Below are positions 1 through 13,500 of a DNA stretch of 64,000 nucleotides, piece after piece. The number at the start of each line of letters is the position of its first letter. Positions within the stretch are counted from its first letter, which is position 1. The stretch comes from Eledone cirrhosa (lineage: Eukaryota): positions 85,870,001 to 85,934,000 of the forward strand of contig OZ024742.1 in assembly GCA_964016885.1 (NCBI GenBank), in the 5' to 3' direction. Position numbers and translations under genes: made by a program. Below the pieces are notes generated by a model, which saw only the letters and a list, made by a program, of their open reading frames with translations, did not search any database and was not told the DNA's origin.

Positions 1-2743
1 AGTTGCACTGATCGCATTTCCCACTTGGTAGAGGGCAGTGAATGCCTGGCAACATTCCAAGTGCCAGTCACCCAGTCTCTGTCTCTTCTTGACCCAGTAC
101 TGCAGCTCAGTCAAAGAAATGGGCTGCGGAAAGACCCGTCTGATAAACGGCGACCACACTTGTTCACCGTTGAGGCAGAATATCTGTAGATGTCGCAGCC
201 TCAACGCATGTCTGCGCATCATTAGCCACAGCATGCCCAGCCTTCCGCGTAGAGCGTGCTTACCAACGGAACTTGTCCCCTCACAAGAATTTGAAGAGGA
301 GCCATTCCAACTTGACGAGGCGCGGACGACGGCAAGGCACGACGATCAGGTGGTAGTAGATGGCGGACCCGATGTACGTTTCGCCACCTCCGAGCGACCT
401 TTCAGTGATAGCTTCCTCCCAGCCCATTCTGGCGTGAGACTGGCAACTCTGCTCGTTACCTCGTCCCAATAATTTTCCACCTGGAGGTCTGGTCCAAACC
501 AAACCCCGATTACTTTACCGGTCCTTCCGTCCAGCGCCCCAAAACGCTATTGGACGGCATGGGCTTGCCTCTCCAGGTTCCGAGCTGCAAGCCCACCGAC
601 TTTTCCGGGTTAAGTTTAGCTCCTGTCAACCTTTCATATTCCTTCAATAAGGTACCAATCACCTCGATTTATGAGGTGTTTGACACCATCACGGTGATGT
701 CGTCCGCATAAGCCGACCCCGCCTTTCCCCGTCCCGTTACGAGCGGGATGCCCTGCAAGTAAAGGCTCGAGAGTCAATACGTACAGAAGCGAGGAGAGAG
801 GGCACCCTTGACGGACCGATTGGGAGAGCCGAAAAGGTTCCGAGATGTGGCCATTGACTTTCACCACCGAGCGTGTGCCGCTGTGCATTGCAGCGATCCA
901 ACTTCTAAAGACAGGGCCGAAGCCAGCTGCTTTGAGGACAAACTCCAGATACCGATGGACGACCCTATCGAATGCTTTCGGTTGATCTAAATTGATCAGT
1001 GCCCCACCGAAGCCAGGTTTACACCCTACCCTCTCTATGATGTATCGCATGAGGTGGAGATTGTCGTTTATAGACCTCGCTGGGATTGCGCAAGTTTGCG
1101 CCTCCCCGACCAAATCCTCGACGACAAGCGACAATCTCTTTGCTAGCACGTTGGCTAAAATCTTAAACTCTGTGTTGAGCAGAGTTATGGGCCTGAAGTT
1201 GTCTAATGTATCCCTCTTGTTCTCGTCTTTCCTTATCAGCGTCGCCACTCCCCTGTTCACAGAACTGGGAATACTCCCATCTGCTCCAGTTGCAGTAGAG
1301 TGCTTCGAGGAGTTCGGAGAACAAGTCTGGCATATTTACGTAAAGCTCGTAGGGCAGGCCATCCAAACCGGGTGACTTGCGTCTGATGCAGCCGACAAGG
1401 GCGTTCTGAATTTAGGCTGAAGTAATCGGCCTTTCACAGAGCTCAGCTTCGAGCGTCGAGATACGCGGCAAGCCGTCAAGGTAGGGACTGAAATCCGCTA
1501 CTGTCTCTGACTCGCCACTCTCCACAAAACACCGAGCAAAGTGCTGGCGAAAGACCTCACACATGCGCTTGGAATCGCTTATCTCGTGTCCGTCTCGGTT
1601 CACCAAAGACCTAATTGTGGTTTTATTACCACGCTGTGCCTCCGCCACGCGGACCCATTGAACAGCTCTGGTTCCCTCGTTTCTCAGCGCACGCGCCTTA
1701 GCTCTGACAATGCAACCTTCGTGTTTCGCATTGAAGAAATTGTCTAATGCCATTCTCGCCGCTAGCACGACAGTTGCAATGCCACTACAAATAGCCTCGC
1801 CTAACTTATCTACCAGCTCCCCCTCCTTTCTATTTTTCTCTAACGCTAGTTCTTTGCTGAACTCTATCGAAGTTACTCTAATCTGTCTTTTGAGAGCCCC
1901 CCCCACCATCTGTTGTTGATGATCCCCCATGTCAACTTTTGCTTAACTAAATTGTTGACTCGGTCCCTGTAGACTTTACGTGCCGGAAATGACAGGTTCA
2001 GCTTCCAGTAACCCGGTCCTAACCTACGCGTTTTATCTAGGTCGACCGTACAGATCACAAATTTGTGATCTGAATAGCCGACCGTTTTAAAAATTGTCGC
2101 CCACACTATTTCTATCTATTTTGCTAATAAAGATCCTCTCTATATACGATCTAGATGATCCCATTCGGTTGGTCCATGTCCATACTGGCACATTGTGGGA
2201 ATCTAGTCTAAACCTGTCAGACAGTTGGAACTGACTGAGTAGGTGCTTGAGGCTTTTGCACCCCCGCTCCTATCGTCTACTCCCACACAATTCAAGCGTG
2301 CGTCAAAGATGCCATTCTAGTCTCCAGCTAACAGTAAAGGGCGAGACGTACCCAGAAAGATCTCCAGGCGCCTAAAGAAGTCCGGTCGTCCGACCCCTCT
2401 GGGGGCGTAGACGGCCAGCAGTCTAAAGACACCACCTTCGCTGCTGCTCACATCCAAGACCACCAACGTACCGTCAGCGACCCGGAAGATCGACCTTACC
2501 TCGAGATCCAGTCCTTTCCTATACAGCACTGCTAACCCACCACCCATTCCCGGCCTGCAAAACAGATGCGAAGATCTGATAGTCGTCGAAAATGGGGGCT
2601 AGTGCGCGCGTGTCGGAAATTCTGCTCTCGCTGACGGCAATCACATCCATTTCCAGCGACCTGAGGTCGTTGAGCAGGCGACTCTGCTTCAAAGATGACC
2701 CCAGGCCGCGAACATTTAAACTTCCTACTCTTAATATGGCCAT
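1..2743 (-). pseudogene. Tx1/L1 ORF2 (APE endonuclease + reverse transcriptase), frameshifted
   Basis: APE motifs MAILRVGSLNVRGL, VSESR, LLAVYAP, GYSDH, GPGYWKLN. RT motifs NFRPITLLNTEFKILA, LDQPKAFDRV, VRQGCPLS. Split across several ORFs. Confidence 0.9.
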
Positions 2744-2772
2744 GTTGGTAAGCTAAGAGAGAGAGGGAAGGT

Positions 2773-4650
2773 TTACTTACCTCCCGGGGTCTTGTGAAGG
2801 TCGGGTGGTTCGACCTCCATGGTTGGTAGGGTTTCGTTTGGGAACCCCTTTAAAAGCCTCCATGTGTGTTTCACATTCGGGGTTCCCACGTCTTGAGGAA
2901 AGCTCTCTCGAATTTCTTTGAAGGAATTGAGTGACATTCGGACCAGAAGCAAATCTTCTGGCATGCAAAATGTGCTCCTTTCAAAAATCGACCCCTCTGT
3001 TTGAATGTCCCCGCTTAGTGCTAAGAGGGCCATCAGTTTATCGTTGGCCCTTCTGACAAGCACCAGGTTTTTAACATTTTGTTGGTTTGATTTTATTTGT
3101 TTTCGTTTTGTTGACTGTGGTGGTGATGGTTTTGGTGGTGTTGTTTCGGGTATGTCTGTGTTTGTTGTAGGTGTGGTGTCTGCAATTTCAGGTATTTGTG
3201 TGTTTAATTGTACTTGTGTTTGTTTAGATTGTTTGCGTTTCTGGGATTGTGGTCGTGGTGTCGATGTTGCTGTTGGTGGTGGGGAAGTGTTTGCGTTAGG
3301 GGTGTCTGTATTTTTTGTTGCGTATGTTTTTGTGTTTTGTTGGGGCTTTTTTGGTGAGTTTTCTCTGTTTTTTTTGCACTTTAGGGTTTTCCTTCATCTT
3401 CGTTGCTGTAAGATAAATGGTATGTGGCTCTGTGGCTGTGAGTGTCTCTGTGTCTGTGTGTGCGTTTATTATTTTGTATATATGTATAATTGAGGGGGGT
3501 AAGGGGAGTGCAGAGCTTTCGTCGTTTTCCCCTTGGATTGGTTTTGGTGTTGGTGGTGATCCGGCTGTTTTTGATGTTGGTGTCCGTGTCTTTGTTGGTG
3601 TTGTTTTTGGTGGTGGTGGTGGTGCAGCTTTCCGTGCTGACACTGGTGTTGGCAACAAAGAAGGTTTGCGATCCCCTGCATTTTTACGCTAAGTGCAGAA
3701 GGCTTGCAGATGCGTTGCTTCCCAGCAGACGAAGCAGCATGGCCTTCTTCCGTCAATATTTAGTTGGATTGTTGTCCCGTCCTGCAGGCGGGCACAATCC
3801 GGGATGTTGTTAATGTCCTCCGGTTTCATTTGGAGAAGAATCTCCAAATCCATTCCGGACCAGTCTCCTCTCTCTGTCCTTTTGATACCAGGAGGGTAAT
3901 ATCTGTGCTCTCCTCGATTACGCATCCCAGCAGACACCATATTTTCATTCCTGGTGGGATGCTGGGAAGGCGGACCTTTACTGTCCTTTTACCCATGTAG
4001 GACGGATGCATGATAATGTGTTCCGTTCTGCAGGGGGTCACCGAGTGCTTAATAGCGAGGGCCTCGGTTTTGAACAGTACCGAGATGGTACCGAACTGTT
4101 TGCCTCTTGCTTTATACTCTATGTTACTTCCGATGTACTCCAAAGCAGCCTCGACCTCTGCTTGGCTGGCAAGTTCCACTTTTCGTGTCTGCACCGAAAT
4201 TCATCGAAAGTACACTGTCCTCCTTTGCGTGGCCGCTATTGCCTCGTCCGGGATGGTTAGGTTTGCCCAGGACTTCTCCCGTTTAATTAGCCTCCACGCT
4301 TGGGCCAACTGTTCGCCTTTATCGCTAATATCGATATCAATATTCAATAAACGCTTTGATTTTGCTGCTCCTGCAGCAAATGAGGTACTTCTGATGCTCT
4401 TGTTGTTGGTGTTGTCATTCTTCATGTTGTTATAGGTGTTGTTGTTGTTGTTTTGTATGTTGATGCTGTTGCCACCGCCATCCGTGTTTACATTGAAGGT
4501 GTCGGTGTTATTGTCGTTATTGCTCTGAGTTGTTGTTGTTGTCGTGGTGGTGGTGATGTCGTTTTTAGAAGATACTGCTGCTATCACAGAAGGTTGTGAT
4601 GGTAGCTTTTGAGTTTTGCCTTCACATTCAGTAGAGTGGAAGACACGCAT
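2773..4650 (-). pseudogene. Tx1/L1 ORF1 (gag-like, CCHC zinc knuckle), frameshifted
   Basis: Fragments 4201-4650, 3826-4194, 3689-3940 (CFVCWEATHLQAFC knuckle), 3296-3658 (P/T/K-rich) and 2773-3063. The C-terminus resembles 35384-36049. Confidence 0.75.
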
Positions 4651-4916
4651 GACTGTAGCCGTGGAGGTGGTGGTAAAATCTACATTGGCTGCCTTTAAAC
4701 ATTTCCATTTTTTTTTTTTTTCGAATTTTAAAAAAATAAATCTGAATATTCGGGCTTAAATTCCGAATATTGAGAGGTATCCCTCTCTTTAAATCAAGAT
4801 GTGTACCTTAAGTTTTCGTTAACGAAAAGAAAATACAAAAAATGACACTTTAAAATAGTTTAAAGTTACGAACCTTTTCCTCAGTAGATTGGTACTGTCT
4901 TCACACATATGCGTCC

Positions 4917-4950
<34 letters not shown>

Positions 4951-4951
<1 letters not shown>

Positions 4952-5027
4952 TGTTTCTACTTTAGGCACAAGGCCAGCAATTACCCAGTGCATTACTGGT
5001 ACTTTATTTTATCGACCCCGTAAGGGA
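4951..5027 (-). mobile_element. SINE-like dispersed repeat fragment
   Basis: GGCACAAGGCCAGCAATT...CTGGTACTTTATTTTATCGACCCCG is homologous to 24078-24215 and adjoins a (TAA)n tract. Confidence 0.6.
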
Positions 5028-5042
5028 AGAATACGCACGAGG

Positions 5043-6010
5043 TGGTAGAAGGTCATGAAATCGCTCCCGTAAGTTTTTGATTTTTAACATATTTAAATCA
5101 ATTGTGAAATAACAATTCTTTGTACAAATGTTGTATAAACCACCGAATGAAGTCCCATAAAATTTCGGATCCATATTATATTGTTATATCGCTCAAATAT
5201 TCAATTTTGTATTATATATTTTGTATTCAAAAAAAGAAAATGGTTATAAATGGAAGAAAACACCCCCTGTCTACACTATATAGAACATCCAAATAACAGC
5301 AATTTCAACAACACCAGAAACTTGATACACCACCTATCCCATCACACTAAATATAACAGCCAGATAACGGCAATTTCACCACCACCAACATCAATCCCGG
5401 CATGATAATAATAATTACTAATATTATTGTCTCAAATTTTAACAAAATGTTTAATTCCAATTTTACGGGAATATGACAACACAATATATATTAAACATAC
5501 GAACACAAACTCATAGATACTACATATTACAAAACCCAGTAACCACAACGCCACCGCCGCCACCACACCATCCATCATCTTGCTACCACTATCCCATCGT
5601 TGCCGCCACCACTCCTTCATTGCTACCACCACTATTCCGCTGTTAACTTGAGAGAGAAAGGGGAAGGTGGCGGTATCACTAGACAAGGGAGAGGCTAGCA
5701 AAAGATATGAATAGATTGGCTTAGTGACCTGGCCACCGGCCAAACGTCAACATCAACAACTATGGGACTGCTGGCTCACCCCTTCCTCACCAACAATATA
5801 AAAAGCCCCGGCACCACCACCGACATAGCCAACAACAATAACAGGCAACTACAGCAAAATGTATATTATATTATTGTAATGCACTGGGTGATTGCTGGCC
5901 TTGTGCCTGGAGTGGAGACAATTATTAATAATTTCATTCTTAAGCCACGCAATGCTCACATTAAGGAACCACTCATGATAATAACAATTTAAAAAAAAAA
6001 ACAACAAAAA
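5043..6010 (+). repeat. ~1-kb non-coding segment X, copy 1, directly upstream of RLE LINE A1
   Basis: Colinear with 14973-15890 (GCTCCCGTAAGTTTTT...CTCATGATAATAACAATTT), with several indels. Confidence 0.9.
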
Positions 6011-6011
6011 A

Positions 6012-9000
6012 GAAAACCCCGTGACCAAGAAATACCGGGATGGCGGCCGGCGGGGAATAGCCGTGTCTCTAAGGGAGAACGACCCCTCTAGTCTTGGTTG
6101 ACACTCGTTCTAGAAGTGGTAACACGAAATGATTACCCCTTGGCGGATAAGGATAAAACGCGACAAAATAAAGTAAATGTCTAATGATAAAATCTCATAC
6201 CGGATCGGCCGTCACCCGGGTAAAAAAGGACCGCGTCCCTCAGAGAGGAACCAGACTGGGGTCGAAAAATCAGCTAATGGTTCAAACCTTCCCATCACTT
6301 CGGAGCTGGAGACCTCCCATAACCGGAATACTCCTACTGTTGGCCCTCCATGCTCACCACAAAGAAATCCAAAGAAAAAGAGAGAAAAATGGTCAAGGGA
6401 AGATAATAAAGAAGTCCTTGAGGCTTTCTACACTGCCATGTACTACCCATCAAAGACATCGAATACAGAACAGACATATATCAACTGGAAAAAGAAACAT
6501 CCCGAAAACAGAGGCTATATTGACAGTAACAAACTAGCCAATATACGAAGAAATATTGTAAGAAAAAAGTTACTAACTGATATAGAAATTGATCAGATCA
6601 AGCTATTAGCACAAAGTCAGCGAAGGGAAAATGAAATATGTGTCAGTGAAAACGAGGTAAACTGTAACACTTCCAACCCCAGGGTTGGGGCGGAATCACT
6701 GGCAACAGAACAAATTAAAGAAAGGATCGAAAAAGTGGAGGGGGTGCATGCTCAGGATGAAACTCCAAATGAAAATAATGAGATCGTAAATGATAAAGAA
6801 ATGAATGAGAATGAACTTGCCAACTTGAAGGATGAAATTATGATCGAATGGATGAAACTGAAAGAATCTGACATGGGGAACGAGACACCCTCCCTAAGAT
6901 CCAGAACTCCAAACAGAACCAAAAGATAATACACAAGACTAACATAATTCTCAAAAACATTATCATCACAAACAAACTAAACATTACAGATTTAAATCAT
7001 CTCTATTATGCATCGGCTAAAGTCACCACTCATTTATGTGGAGTGAAGATGAAAAAACAAAGGAATTCCCACAAGAAATCTACTTGGCAAGAGAACATCA
7101 ATCGCCAAATAAACCTTCTCCGACCTGACATAGAAATGTTAACAAACTATAAAGTAGGTGAACATGTTAAACAAACTAAACTTAGAAAATTGAAAAAAAA
7201 GAACAGTATAAAATCAACATGTGACATAGACATGCTGATAGAAATAATCAAGCAAAAAGTGTCGGCCAAAGCTGCTCGTATAAGGCGCTTTGAAAAACGA
7301 TCTAGATTCTATAAGGACAATAATATGTTCAAAGACAACCAAAGAAACTTCTACAGAAAAATTGGTAAGTCAACAATATCTGCTAAATCAAAACCACCCA
7401 AGGAGGAAGTGCAAGAATTCTGGGAAAAGATCTGGGCTGAAGAAAAAGTTCATAACGTACATGCCCCATGGATAGACAGACAAATGAAAGATACAGCTCA
7501 CTTTGAGGAACAAATATGGGAAAATATAACAGTTGAACAGTTGCGCTTGGCTCTAAGAAAAACCAGCAAATGGAAATCCCCAGGAAAAGACAAAATACAA
7601 AACTTTTGGATAAATGCCTTCACAGAGTCTCATGAGCTGTTAGCCCAACTTTACAATGAAATAGTTAAGAAGCCAGAAAAGATACCATCATGGCTAGTTA
7701 ACGGCATTACATTCCTGTTTCCGAAGAATGATGAGACAAACAATCCCAAAAATTACATACCGATAACTTGCTTGACCACAATGTATAAAATGTTAACATA
7801 AGTCCTAACTGAATACACATATGACCACCTGATAACAAATGACCATTGAGCAGAAAGGGTGTAAACGAGGCTCATATGGCTGTAATGATCAGCTTCTGGT
7901 TAACAAAATGATACTGGAAGATTGTCATAATAGACACAAAAATCTATCGATTGCTTGGATAGATTATAAAAAAGCATTCGATAGTTTGCCACACAGTTGG
8001 ATTGAAAAATGTTTAGGGATTTTCAAAATATCCCCCGTTGTCAGGAGGTTTTTGTCATTCAGTATGAAGACATGGAAAACGACACTCCTTTTGAATAGTG
8101 AAACAAAATCACTGGAAGCTGGAGAAGTTAATATTAATTGTGGAATTTTTCAGGGTGACTCTTTATCACCGCTTTTATTCTGCATCGCACTTATACCATT
8201 AAGTAAAATGCTCAATGAAACAAAACATGGATATAAAGTCTATGACAAAACCATTAATCACCTGTTCTAGATGGATGACCTGAAACTATTTGCAAAAAAT
8301 GATGAACAATTGCAAGGGCTATTATCCACTGTGGAGCAGTTCAGTGATGACATTAAAATGGAGTTTGAACTAGATAAATGCGCCAAAGCAAAGTTTACCA
8401 GAGGAAAGCTGCTGAAGAGTTCAGACATTAATCTTGATCGGGGGAACGTGATAAGAGAACTTGATCAAGAAAAAACTTACAAATATCTAGGTGTTTGTGA
8501 AGGAGACGGAATCAAGCACTCGACAATCAGGGAAAGGATAAGGAAGGAATGTTACCGCAGAGTAAGAGCAATCTTAAGAACGGAATTGAATGCAAGGAAT
8601 AGGATCGATTCCATAAACACGCTTGCCATACCAGTAGTAACCTACAGTTACAATGTCATCAACTGGTCAAGCACAGAGATCCGAAGGCTCGATACAAAAA
8701 TTCGAAAATTCTTAACCATGCACAGAATGCATCACCCTAAGGCAGATATAGATAGAATATATCTCCCTAGGAAAGAAGGAGGACGTGGGTTAATCCAGTT
8801 AGTAATTGCGTTGAACACTGCAACAATTGGATTATCTACATATCTAAGGGAATCACATGATTGGATGATCAAACTCGTTTTGAAACACGAAAGCATCAAC
8901 AGATCATATTCCATTACAAAAGATGCACAAAGATACAGTAATGGACTACAAATTTCAGAAGTCCCATTTACTGCTGAAATGGAAAACACAGAAAAAGCAA

Positions 9001-9975
9001 AGCAGGTAAAAGTAACTGCAAAGAAAGAACTGCTACAGAAACTGGCTAAGAAATGGTAAGAAAAGCCTCTGTATGGAAAATACCCAGAGCGAGCTAACAA
9101 TCCTGATGTTGACAAAACTTTAACCCATCAGTGGTTGGCATCCTCTGGACTGAAATCGGAGACTGAAGGACTGATTATATCAGCACAAGATCAGTGTCTG
9201 CCAACAAAAAATTACCAAGCCAACATAATAAAAAATGGATGCAGCCCATTATGCCTTGTATGCAAAAAACAACCAGAGACCATTGACCATATAATTTTAA
9301 TGTGCAGTCCTATAGCTCCAACCGAATACCTAAACAGGCTTGACAGAGCGGCACAATACATACATTGGATAACGTGTAAGCATTTTGACCTGCCCCATCA
9401 AAAGAATTGGTGGGAGCATCAACCACCTCCCATACTTAAAAAAGATCACATCTCAATCTTGTGGAACTTTAGCATCCAAACAGACCGAAAAATAGATGCA
9501 AATAGACCTGATATAATATTGAAGGACTTTAAAAAGAGGGTATGCCTGCTAATTGATATGTCTGTTCCAATAGACAAGAATGTATCTATAAAAACATTTG
9601 AAAAATTGAGCAAGTATAAGGACCTGGAGATAGAAATTGGAAAAATGTGGAAATTGAGAACTAAACCAATACCAGTGGTTGTAGGCGCTCTGGGAATGAT
9701 ACCTAAGGGGTCTAATGATTACTTATCGCAGATCCCAGGAAACCCGCGTATAGGAGAAATACAAAAGATAGTACTAATGGGAACTGCCCATATACTAAGG
9801 AAGATTCTGTCAATATAAGTACATCATAAGTCTAAACACTAAAGATGCATGTGTGAGTATGTATGTTCTTCCTTGAACATGGCGGACCTTGTTGTCTCTC
9901 GAGGTCACTGGTTGTGACTTGGTGATAACTCGTATGAACATAAAGCAAGATAAATGCAACTGTAATCATAATAAT
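6012..9975 (+). mobile_element. R4/Dong-like RLE non-LTR retrotransposon, family A copy 1 (full length, decayed)
   Basis: GC-rich 5' leader, a single long disrupted ORF, short 3' UTR, then TAATCATAATAATAAT. Confidence 0.9.
6177..9818 (+). pseudogene. RT + CCHC + PD-(D/E)xK restriction-like endonuclease polyprotein, several stops and frameshifts
   Basis: [23 protein letters not shown], (stop)MDD, CLVCKKQPETIDHIILMC, RPDII...LIDMSVP...KLSKY. Confidence 0.92.
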
Positions 9976-10539
9976 AATAGATAACTAAAGATAATTTCAC
10001 CACCAACACCACCACCACTACCACGATGAAAACTCTGGTCAAGTCGACTCGACCGCTATTTCTACTCCAACTTCAACACCATCACTAAAGTAATGCGAAC
10101 ACATCACCACCAGCACTGCTTCATTATCGCTACCGCCGCTATTCTCTCCCACTACCTCCTGCTAGTTGCTGCTAGCCCAGCACCGCCACCACCACCACCA
10201 CCACTGCATCATTATCACTACCGCCGCTATTCTATCGCGCTGCTCTCTGCTACATTGTAGAATGCACACTAAAAGAGGAAGGCATCAAAATATATAAATA
10301 GACTGAATTGATGACCCGGTCAAAATCAAAAAAACAAAAATCAAAATCAAAGCAGCACAGCAACAACAGAAAAACGTAAAGAAAATAAGAATGAAGAGAA
10401 AAACAAACAGACGGACAGAGAAGGGAAGGGCAAAAATAAGTCAGACATTGAAACACTACATTACAATGAAACTTATGCTTATTCATTTTTTGGGGTTGTT
10501 TTTGCCTGTTTGTTTGTTTGTTTATTTATGTTCGTCTAC

Positions 10540-13500
10540 AGCGTGATAATGCCACACACACACATCACGTGGAGTGACGAAACCACCGGAGATGATAAAT
10601 TCACCAGTCGTTATGTAACCATACATTCGCCAATCCTCGATATGAGTGTTTAAATGTTGAACCTAAACAGTTCGAATAACGGTGAAATGGAGACTAGAAT
10701 GTCATGTGACAGACTCTCATCCAACAGGTGCTCCCTGGTTCATCAGCAGGGACCTGGCTGTCAACCAAATACTGCTGGTGTCGGAGGAAGAAGAAGAAAG
10801 AAAGGGACCAGAACCAACTGGACGAAAGAATTGAATAGAACTGTTATGCAATGTTACCTGAAGAGTAACCCCAAAGAGAAAGGCTATAGGAACGGATGCA
10901 TAACATCTGGAACGAGATTGGTCTATTTAAATTAGATGAACAAAAATTGGCCGGGCAGGCTCGGATAATAAGAACTAATGGGTGGATAAGCGAGCTGGAA
11001 CTGGAGGAACTGAGCAGAGAGATTAGCTTGGAGATGGAGAGTGGAGTATGCCAGCCAAACTAGCCAGTGGGAAATGAAGGTGAAGAGGTCGAGAGAACGG
11101 AGGAACCACCCGAAGCAGACAATGATCTGAATGCTGAGATAAATAATAACTGGAACAGAGATACGGCCACTGAGGAGATGAATGATGACGGGCTAGGACA
11201 AGATTTGGTTGATATCCTAAACTTAGTGGTAGATGAATTGAACAATGATAGTGGGAGACCTATGAACCTAAGATTTGTAGACAGGAAAAAGTTAAAAGAA
11301 ACAACAGCTAAGGTAAACAAAGTCATCCCATACCTTGAGGCGAGGAGCCTTCACCAGTGCAACAATATCCTCAAAGCAACAGCAAATACGGTGAGGAAAC
11401 TACTTGGTATAAAAGCGAGAGGAAACAACAAACAAGAAAGAGCAGAGCCTTGGTGGAAGAAACGACTGAGTGGTCAAATCAGGGAAATGAGAAATGACAT
11501 TGGAAAGCTTGAGTCCCTACTGAATGGGACACTAAAAAACATAGACACTAAAAATAGACTGGAAATAAAGTACACAACTAGGAGGAAAAAGCTAAATATT
11601 ATCATAGAGGAACTGAAGCAACGCATTGTAGCAAAGAGTGCAAAAATCAGGCGATACGAGAACAGAGTCAGTCAGTATAGACAGAACCGCATGTTCGACA
11701 ACAACCAGAAGATGCTGTTTGGACAGCTTGAAGGGAAAGAAAGAGGCAACGACTTAATCCCTGAGGCGGAACAAACTAAAACATTCTGGAGAGGCATATG
11801 GGAGCAGGATGTTAAACATAATGACCAGGCAGTGTGGATTGAGACAGTACAGAAGGAGATAAGTGAACAGGCACACCAACAAACTGATTTGAGTATCACA
11901 GTTGAAACTGTTAAGGGGCAGGCCAAAAAACAAACCTACTGGAAATCACCAGGCCCAGATGGTGTGCAGGGGTATTGGATTACAAATATAACATCCCTCC
12001 ACCCGAAACTGACCATCATGTTCAATGACTGCTTGATGTCAGGTGAGGTACCAGAGTGGTTGACAAAAGGTACCACAGTTCTGATAATGAAAGACCGAAT
12101 CAAGGGTAATGATGTTACCAACTATAGACCTATCACATGTCTGTCCGTAATGTGGAAACTGTTGACAAGGATTATGTCTGAGGAAATCTACCATCACCTC
12201 CACACAAACATCTTGTTACCGGACGAACAGAAAGGATGCCGAAAGAAGTCACGTGGTACAAAGGACCAGTTACTTATTGATAAGCTGGTAATGAGGAATT
12301 GCAAGAGGAGACACACTGGTCTTGCCATGGGATGGATAGACTACAAAAAGGCATTTGACATGGTGCCTCATTCTTGGATCGCCAAAAGCCTGGAGATCTT
12401 CAAGGTGGCAGATAACATCAGACAGTTGTTGGGCAAAAGTATGAAGTCCTGGGAAACAGAGTTAACATCAACTGGAGAATCCTTGGGAAGCGTGAAGATC
12501 AAGAGAGGTATCTTCCAGGGAGATACTCGGTCCCCTCTGTTGTTTGTCCTTGCCCTGATGCCCCTGACCAGTGTACTGAGAGCAGGATACAGGTTGGGAA
12601 AGGGAGGGCTTACCATCAATCACCTCCTTTTCATGGACGATCTTAAGCTCTTCGGGAAGAGTGAGATGGAGTTGGATGTGCTTGTTGACACTGTCCGTAT
12701 TTTCAGCAATGATATATGTATGCAATTTGGTATTAGTAAGTGTGGAGTCATTGTGATGAAGAGGGGTAAGTTGAGCAGAAGCAACGGAATCTAGGTACCA
12801 ACAGGTGAGATGATAAAGGAAATTGACTCTGAATAATGATCAAGGGTAATGATGTTACCAACTATAGACCTATCACATGTCTGTCCGTAATGTGGAAACT
12901 GTTGACAAGGATTATGTCTGAGGAAATCTACCATCACCTCCACACAAACAACTTGTTACCGGACGAACAGAAAGGATGCCGAAAGAAGTCACGTGGTACA
13001 AAGGACCAGTTACTTATTGATAAGATGGTAATGGGGAATTGCAGGAGGAGACACACTGATCTTGCCATGGGATGGATAGACTACAGAAAGGCATTTGACA
13101 TGGTGCCTCATTCTTGGATCACCAAAAGCCTGGAGATCTTCAAGGTGGCAGATAACATCAGACAGCTGTTGGGCAAAGTATGAGGTCCTGGGAAACAGAG
13201 TTGGTATCAACTGGAGAATCCTTGGGAAGCGTGAAGATCAAGAGAGGTATCTTCCAGGGAGATAGCCTGTCCCCTCTGTTGTTTGTCCTTGGCCTGATGC
13301 CCCTGACCAGTGTACTGCGAAAAGTGAGAGCGGGATACAGTTTGGGAAAGGGAAGGCTTACCATCAACCACCTCCACTTCATGGACGATCTTAAGCCCTT
13401 CGGGAAGAGTGAGAAGGAGTTGGATGTGCTTGTTGACACTGTCCGTATTTTCAGCAGTGATATATATATGCAATTTGGTATTAGTAAGTGTGGAGTCATT

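Larger units (their letters stand above)
1..4915 (-). mobile_element. L1/Tx1-clade non-LTR retrotransposon, decayed; 3' end runs off the window
   Basis: ORF1 then ORF2 order on the minus strand with APE and RT motifs. The 5' end abuts (TAA)n at about 4918. Confidence 0.9.

Noticed and set aside
3005-4435. Plus-strand V/F/G-rich ORFs
   Set aside because: Antisense shadows of the low-complexity Tx1 ORF1.
5762-5992. 76-aa ORF conserved in both X copies
   Set aside because: No motifs, and conservation is explained by nucleotide-level duplication. It cannot be supported as coding.
10540-10615. GTGATAA...GTGACGAAAC in the family B leader as a hammerhead
   Set aside because: Two core mismatches and no convincing stem I or III.
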